From Bdellovibrionales bacterium GWB1_55_8 (GTDB lineage: Bacteria; Bdellovibrionota; UBA1018), in contig MEPR01000025.1 of assembly GCA_001769835.1 (NCBI GenBank), positions 5,442-69,441 on the forward strand: DNA of 64,000 bases. Reading direction: 5' to 3'. Below the pieces are notes generated by a model that saw only the letters and a program-made list of their open reading frames with translations, made no database searches and was not told the DNA's origin. Positions 58,861 to 64,000 of this stretch are shown here, one piece after another. Position 1 is the first letter of the stretch, and the number at the start of each line of letters is the position of its first letter. The position numbers and the translations under genes were made by a program.

Positions 58861-59616
58861 ATGTTGCACAAGGTGATCGGATTATTCGGAGCGGTCTTTT
58901 TTCTCAGTGGATGCGCGGTTGTTGGATCGTCGAAGGTGGATCCGTCGGCGATCCAGACCTCTTATCGCGCCTCCTATAGCGAGCAGAGTGGGAGATTGAG
59001 TTACGAAGCCACCTTTCAGGTGGGGGATGGTTTTGGCACGTACGTGCAATTCGATGATGGGAGCGAAGTCAAAATTGATTCCCAGCTCATGGTGCTTTCG
59101 GACACGCTTTTCAATCAGATCTCCTATATCGCTTCGGTGAGTTCTGTCGCGCCAGGCGCTGACGACCTTACAAAAACCCACGTTTTCTCGTACAAAAACG
59201 CGCAATGCCAGCAGGGTGCCTGTGGCACTTCGTCCGAAATTTTCCAGAACTCGTTTCGAATTCCTGCCCGCGTTTTCATCGCCGAAGAGCAGGACAAAAC
59301 CGCCTCGCCACAAGCGGCGTTCCTGGTTCACTGGGGTACCTCAGACCGGATTCAGAGCAACGAGAGGATTTACGCTTATATCAGTCAGCCCACCACGCAA
59401 GGTGGTGAGCGGCAACACTCGAGGATTGCATCGAACGCACAGGGGTCTTCCGGCGTGATTGAATTTGCTGCACTGGACATGGCGAATTTCGTTACAGGGC
59501 CTGCCGAGGTCTGGGTGTGCCGAGAGGGGTATTCATCATCCATTCAGTCCCCAAGCGAAGGGGGAAGTCTTTCGGCGGGGTACTGCTCCAAACGGGTATC
59601 TCTGAATATTGACTAA
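58861..59616 (+). CDS. Lipoprotein, hypothetical, beta-rich
   Basis: Lipobox LSGC; two beta-sandwich-like halves. Confidence 0.75.
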   Translation: MLHKVIGLFGAVFFLSGCAVVGSSKVDPSAIQTSYRASYSEQSGRLSYEATFQVGDGFGTYVQFDDGSEVKIDSQLMVLSDTLFNQISYIASVSSVAPGADDLTKTHVFSYKNAQCQQGACGTSSEIFQNSFRIPARVFIAEEQDKTASPQAAFLVHWGTSDRIQSNERIYAYISQPTTQGGERQHSRIASNAQGSSGVIEFAALDMANFVTGPAEVWVCREGYSSSIQSPSEGGSLSAGYCSKRVSLNID

Positions 59617-59633
59617 ATGCGTCAAGTTAGATA

Positions 59634-60806
59634 GTGGTGAGGCACTTTATGAGAACTCGATTGGTATTTTTGGCCTTGGGAGTCTTGCTCAGTACTCAAT
59701 CCGTCTTCGCTGCAGGCGGAGGGTGGATCGGAAGCGGTGGCGAGATCTACAAAAACGGAAGAAACCCCTGGTTCGTCGAGAACACCGAGACGGTCCGTTA
59801 CTGCGTGGTGGTAGATGAGAAATCGGTTTCGGCTTCCGCGGACCATATTGAAATCCTGATTGAGACCGCGATCGCCAATTGGAAGCGCGAGTTCAAAAAG
59901 TATGATGAGGCGCGACTTTTCACGGAGTTCCGTGTCGCAACCCAGGAGTTCATCCAGGTTCCTTGTCAGCGGAATCCGGAACTGAAGTTCCAGTTTGGAT
60001 GGAGCACGCTCGATACTGAACAAGCGGCGTACCTCGTTTCACAAGGTGCGGAGAGCATTCTGGGAATCGCGGTACGGACGGACTACGACGATGTGCAGCT
60101 CAGGGGCAAAGGGTTCATCTACATTGCCTCGGATCTCGGAGAGCATCGCTATGACGGCGGGCCGGATACCGTTGAACGAGCCTGGCAGTACGACGCGCTT
60201 CTTTACTATGTGATCGCTCACGAGTTCGGGCATGTGCTGGGTGTTCCGCATGTCGGAGCGGATCATTTCGTCGATACGTCGCGGTTTCTCATGGCCGAGC
60301 AGTTTCCGGAGTATGTTCTTCGGAAAGCGGCGGTGGATCTGCTGAAGCAAACACCTGGCTTTGACCTGAACCGGCCGAATGAATTCAAGGATTTTTTCGT
60401 TCTTCCGCGCGAACGCGAGCAGTGCCGTCTCGGAGCTTATTCGGCGAAGTGGTTTGGTATTCCGAAAGAAGCGAAATGCGTGCGTTTGAGTCGAGTGGAT
60501 GCGAAAAAATATCTCGTGTCCGCCCGAGGACCCTCGCTGGACGAAACGCTTGTCGGCGAAATCGAAGTCACAGGTACACGCACGACGAATGATTCTCTTC
60601 TGACGTTGTATCTGGACCCGGGGCAGGTCGTGTTCCCGCCCAATGGTCCCTGGCCGACGCTTTTTGGTCCGGGCTTCACCTATGACACGATTGTGGGCGT
60701 TTACAAGCCGCTCCAGGGTGATTCTAAAGCCATTTCGGTGGCCTTTGATGAAAAGCTGGTCGTGATCGGTGAAGACAGCGGTCAGATGAATTTTATTCTG
60801 AGATAG
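59634..60806 (+). CDS. Secreted zinc metallopeptidase (metzincin)
   Basis: Signal peptide (SVFA), HEFGHVLGVPH (HExxHxxGxxH), downstream Met (FLM). Confidence 0.85.
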   Translation: MVRHFMRTRLVFLALGVLLSTQSVFAAGGGWIGSGGEIYKNGRNPWFVENTETVRYCVVVDEKSVSASADHIEILIETAIANWKREFKKYDEARLFTEFRVATQEFIQVPCQRNPELKFQFGWSTLDTEQAAYLVSQGAESILGIAVRTDYDDVQLRGKGFIYIASDLGEHRYDGGPDTVERAWQYDALLYYVIAHEFGHVLGVPHVGADHFVDTSRFLMAEQFPEYVLRKAAVDLLKQTPGFDLNRPNEFKDFFVLPREREQCRLGAYSAKWFGIPKEAKCVRLSRVDAKKYLVSARGPSLDETLVGEIEVTGTRTTNDSLLTLYLDPGQVVFPPNGPWPTLFGPGFTYDTIVGVYKPLQGDSKAISVAFDEKLVVIGEDSGQMNFILR

Positions 60807-60814
60807 GAAAAGGG

Positions 60815-61297
60815 GTGAGTGGGGTGTTGGGCAGGTTTTCCTTAGTCATTCTCCTGTTGTTTTCTTTTTCGGGGTGTTTTGATCCGACGCCTGCGGTTGG
60901 GCCACTGCCATCGGAAGAAGACGTGTGGGAGTTGCAAAGTGCGGAGTGCGACGCGGGCATTGCCAGTCCCCGCACGCAGGGGCCTGCGCTTCGGCTCACG
61001 ATTGGAAATTCCTCCGCGTCTGCAAGGGTCAGTTTGGCCACGTTTCCTCCAGTCGTGTGCATCACGGAAGAAACACTTACTTATCCAACTGCGAGTTCCA
61101 TGCGGTTCGTCGATGGATCCATTTCCTGCAATACGTCATCTTCTGCCGATCACTATCCTTGGGGCGACGGGCCCGATGATGTCACCTTCGATTTCGTGAA
61201 AACCGGAAATTATCTGATCCTTTCGAAGCCCGCGGGTGATGCAGGGTGCAATAGCTCTCAGACGTTTAATTACGTTTTTGAGCTGATCTCGGGTTGA
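60815..61297 (+). CDS. Lipoprotein, lipocalin-like beta-barrel candidate
   Basis: Lipobox FSGC, W near the N-terminus (DVWELQS), paired Cys, terminal strands. Confidence 0.65.
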   Translation: MSGVLGRFSLVILLLFSFSGCFDPTPAVGPLPSEEDVWELQSAECDAGIASPRTQGPALRLTIGNSSASARVSLATFPPVVCITEETLTYPTASSMRFVDGSISCNTSSSADHYPWGDGPDDVTFDFVKTGNYLILSKPAGDAGCNSSQTFNYVFELISG

Positions 61298-61329
61298 TTC
61301 CACACCGGAGACCCGTTAAAAAAGAACCT

Positions 61330-61842
61330 ATGATTAAGCCCTCTGTTCTGTTGTTGGCAGCAACGTTCTCAATCGCGGGTCTTTGCTCCGCTTCCGATGC
61401 ATTCGCATCCGATCTGGAAGGGGCCTGGCAGGGCGAAAAGAGCAGTTTGATTTATTTCACCACGCAGCCCGGCGATTTCGAAAATTCGATTGATGTTGAA
61501 GGATGTCGCCTTCGCGCCGCTGTCAATCTTCCTGAGGGGCGCTTCGAGCTCAGCGAGCTTTCAGCGGAGTGCCAAAATCCCCAACTGATTTTCAAGGCCG
61601 CATTTCCCGTGATTTCTTTTACGGTTGATGAAAATGGCTGGCTTTACGACGAGGCCGGCCCTGCCGGGCGAATTTTCGGCAATACAGTTGATTTTGATTT
61701 CAGTGATGACCAAGGCGGCGTTCATACCGTCCATCTCGAAGCGACCGAAGACGGGCTTCGTGCGCAATGGAAATTCGATGGCTGGGGTTCGCCCTCGTTT
61801 GACCTCTCCAGCATGAATCACCCGCTCAAAAGAACTCGCTAA
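61330..61842 (+). CDS. Secreted hypothetical protein (beta-rich)
   Basis: Signal peptide (DAFA), LEGAWQG start of the mature region. Confidence 0.7.
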   Translation: MIKPSVLLLAATFSIAGLCSASDAFASDLEGAWQGEKSSLIYFTTQPGDFENSIDVEGCRLRAAVNLPEGRFELSELSAECQNPQLIFKAAFPVISFTVDENGWLYDEAGPAGRIFGNTVDFDFSDDQGGVHTVHLEATEDGLRAQWKFDGWGSPSFDLSSMNHPLKRTR

Positions 61843-61852
61843 GTTTTTTCAT

Positions 61853-62167
61853 TCAAGGGCGCCAGTTGGAATCTGAGCGCCGACTGAATGCCCGGTAAAT
61901 GCGCTGCCAGATGCTGCCGGGTTCGTCTGCCGGAGCGGGAGCGGTGGGCTTGGCGCTGCGGCGGTTCAGGCTTGCATGGCGGGCTTCACGGCGTTCTTCT
62001 TTTTCGCCCTCTTCCCAGGTCTGTTCCTGATCGTAGAAAAATTTATCTTCCGTAGTGGGCGGTCGGCGAGCGAACTGCTCAGAAGTGACGGTCGCATGCT
62101 CGGCATCTTGCAACTCTTCGAGGGGCAGCTGATGGTCGACGTAGATATGTCTTTTAGGCTCTCCCAT
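61853..62167 (-). CDS. Small charged hypothetical protein
   Basis: About 104-aa ORF in the gap downstream of a terminator; basic amphipathic C-terminus (SIWQRIYRAFSRR). Confidence 0.5.
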   Translation of the reverse strand: MGEPKRHIYVDHQLPLEELQDAEHATVTSEQFARRPPTTEDKFFYDQEQTWEEGEKEERREARHASLNRRSAKPTAPAPADEPGSIWQRIYRAFSRRSDSNWRP

Positions 62168-62199
62168 GAATACACACTGGTGCAAGCTGTGTGCTGAAC

Positions 62200-62234
62200 G
62201 AAAAAGACCCCACGCGCTTTCGCGAGTGGGGTCT
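62200..62234 (-). terminator. Rho-independent terminator after the 62244-63125 gene
   Basis: Minus strand AGACCCCACTCGC-GAAA-GCGCGTGGGGTCT followed by a T-tract. Confidence 0.85.
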
Positions 62235-62243
62235 GAATAGCTG

Positions 62244-63125
62244 TCAGTTCGGAACGTAGCCCAGGATGTTCCAGGGGATGGCGTTGTAGATGTGTGATAA
62301 GACCAGATAGTCTTTTTCCGCGGCTGAAGTGGTCTGGATGCAATCCGTGGCGGAGCAGACCTGGTACAACGCGGTCGTACCGGTTTGTTCCGTTTTATAG
62401 ATAAAGCCTACAGAGCCTTCGTTCCTTACATTTGTGGAGCCATTGAATCGGCAGTTCGATTCCGATGCCAGGAAGTGGACGGCGTCTTCGTTATTGCATC
62501 TAAAGAGCTCCTTCATTTCCGAGCCAGCTGAAGCTGTATAGGTTTCGAACGCCGTCGATTCCAGATAGAAGCCCGGGCCGGGGATACTCGAACTCAGTGT
62601 GAATATATGCATTGCCAGGTAAGCATTGACATAGCGGTAGACGGGCTGCGTCTCTAGCTCGGTCGACGGATCCGAGGAACTTGCGGACGAGGCCGAGCAG
62701 GATGCACTTCCGCCGCAGGTCCAAACCCAAGGTCCGGATCCGCTAACTGCCGAGGCAGAGCCCAAGGTACAGAGATTTACCGTCGGCTTGGAACTGTATG
62801 TCCCGCCATCGGCAGTTCCGCATTCGCCGGATATCACTGATTCATCAGCGGAGCACGAGACGCTGGACGAAGTCCCGGCGCAATCCCAATACCAGGGCCC
62901 GCTACCAGAGACGCTGGAAGGTGTTCCGGATGCGCACAATTTGCTGGCTGGCTTCAGACTGAAGCTTTGGCCGCTGGCGCTGCCGCAAGCAGGGTCCACG
63001 TCCACAGGGCTGACTCCGGCATGGTTGAGTGCCGCGGACAGTCCAGCCTGATCGCTGGGGGGGAGACACGCGGTTAGCGAACCTAAGCCGACACAAAGAA
63101 CCAAATACGAAAATTTCCGATCCAT
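62244..63125 (-). CDS. Lipoprotein with two Cys-rich CGxAxG...GPWxWxC repeats and a C-terminal DUF5648-like (PVYR...H.FT) domain
   Basis: Lipobox LTAC; two ~47-aa 4-Cys repeats; PVYRYVN...HIFT, ELFRC...HFLA, ALYQV pseudo-threefold motifs. Confidence 0.75.
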   Translation of the reverse strand: MDRKFSYLVLCVGLGSLTACLPPSDQAGLSAALNHAGVSPVDVDPACGSASGQSFSLKPASKLCASGTPSSVSGSGPWYWDCAGTSSSVSCSADESVISGECGTADGGTYSSKPTVNLCTLGSASAVSGSGPWVWTCGGSASCSASSASSSDPSTELETQPVYRYVNAYLAMHIFTLSSSIPGPGFYLESTAFETYTASAGSEMKELFRCNNEDAVHFLASESNCRFNGSTNVRNEGSVGFIYKTEQTGTTALYQVCSATDCIQTTSAAEKDYLVLSHIYNAIPWNILGYVPN

Positions 63126-63228
63126 AACGTCCTCTCTTCTCAAAGCAGTGGGGTTTCAGCGCAACGTGCTGCTCTGCAATCTCAGACGTATACCGGACAA
63201 AAAGGTTCAAATATAAATTTGATGTAAA

Positions 63229-63702
63229 TTAGTCAACCATATCAAGCATTTGTATATGTAAGGACTTAAACTCGGGCTTTCCTGATCCGATGATCTGCCC
63301 ATTGACTTCAATGGAGTACTCCATGGGAACGGCTTTCCAGAGCACCGCGCTGACACCGCAAAACTTTGTCTGCGACAGGAGTACGCTTTCGCGGACTTTG
63401 TCCAGATCGAGCTGACCTTCGAGTTTGAAGGTCAGGTGAATCGATTTGTAAACGATAGGCTGCGCGCCTTCTGTCATCGTCACGTCCGCTTCGACGGACA
63501 GTTTTTCGAGCGGTTGTTTATGCTTTTTCATCAGCGCGGCGACATCCATTCCAGTGCATCCGCAAAGTCCGGCGATCACCAGCTGTTTCGGAGTCATCGC
63601 CGAATCGCCCCCAAGCGGTGGCTTGGAATCCATGGTGATGGAGTGCCCGTTCGCCTGGGCGGTGAACAATAGATTCTCTTTCCAGATACACGTGACGTTC
63701 AT
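63229..63702 (-). CDS. OsmC/Ohr (YhfA-like) family protein
   Basis: MTPKQLVIAGLCGCTGMDV...KFCGVS two-Cys pattern. Confidence 0.9.
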   Translation of the reverse strand: MNVTCIWKENLLFTAQANGHSITMDSKPPLGGDSAMTPKQLVIAGLCGCTGMDVAALMKKHKQPLEKLSVEADVTMTEGAQPIVYKSIHLTFKLEGQLDLDKVRESVLLSQTKFCGVSAVLWKAVPMEYSIEVNGQIIGSGKPEFKSLHIQMLDMVD

Positions 63703-63763
63703 GAATCCTCCCTGTGGAATATCGTCCGGATTGTAACAGCAGTTTGTAGCAGGTTCTCTTTAA

Positions 63764-63787
63764 ATGTTCAATTGACTTATTGAATAT
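63764..63787. promoter_or_regulatory. Inverted repeat ATGTTCAAT-N6-ATTGAATAT, candidate repressor operator
   Basis: Perfect TTCAAT/ATTGAA arms (63767-63784) in the divergent osmC / Fe-S gene spacer, overlapping a TTGACT -35-like box. Confidence 0.55.
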
Positions 63788-63807
63788 CAGCTGACAAAGT
63801 TCCCGCT

Positions 63808-64000
63808 ATGACCAAAAAGGCTCGTCCTCGCGCTCTCCTGAAACGGCTCATCTCGTGGCGACGCGGATTTCAAATCGTATTCGGTTTGAGTCTTTATCTG
63901 GCGATATCGAACTGGGGAATCAGCCTGTGGTGGGTGATCGCCGCCGGATCCGCGCTTGGAATTTTTCTCGGTAAATTTTTCTGCCGCTGGATGTGTCCGA
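63808..64000 (+). CDS. 4Fe-4S-binding membrane protein (NapH/FixG/YccM-like), 3'-partial, not in the ORF track
   Basis: Manual translation MTKKARPRALLKRLISWRRGFQIVFGLSLYLAISNWGISLWWVIAAGSALGIFLGKFFCRWMCP ends in the GxxFCxWxCP motif. Confidence 0.8.
   Translation, partial: MTKKARPRALLKRLISWRRGFQIVFGLSLYLAISNWGISLWWVIAAGSALGIFLGKFFCRWMCP

Noticed and set aside
61966-62343. 125-aa minus-strand ORF
   Set aside because: Spans an intrinsic terminator and overlaps two better ORFs on the same strand.
63207-63222. TCAAAT-N4-ATTTGA inverted repeat downstream of osmC
   Set aside because: Short, and located in an AT-rich spacer where such repeats arise by chance.

Overview
About 64 kb of bacterial chromosome with about 70 tightly packed CDSs. 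I found no rRNA, tRNA, CRISPR array or mobile element. The gene content points to a predatory Bdellovibrionota/Oligoflexia-like organism (inference): a TIGR02147/DUF4423 regulator, a GYF-GYF-PilZ protein, a MIDAS/VWA lipoprotein and many secreted orphans. Core genes are uvrB (5' end cut by the window), uvrC, queA, nusB, nrdR, glyA, rpiB, the yceD-rpmF-plsX-fabH-fabD-fabG-acpP-fabF operon, nagA, degP, thiolase-scoA-scoB-ggt, pyrE, lemA-htpX-like, phrB-ybgA and osmC. Best leads, in order: (1) a coupled operon of a Cys-rich secreted protein, an NlpC/P60-type peptidoglycan amidase, a small periplasmic candidate immunity protein and DegP; (2) an unusual excision-repair locus, with UvrC lacking its HhH domain, a Zn-ribbon plus UvrD/PcrA-Tudor-like microprotein head-to-head with uvrC, UvrB with a long linker insertion, and a family-4 UDG with a rewritten uracil pocket; (3) an accessory island of secreted and lipoprotein genes (55.6-63.1 kb) around a TIGR02147 regulator with candidate operators, including a 6x20-aa Cys-repeat protein behind a sigma54-like promoter; (4) a sigma54-driven MIDAS lipoprotein divergent from a secreted caspase-fold protease; (5) an ErcA/ErcS-like signalling module. 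All family assignments come from motif recognition by eye; no database searches were run.
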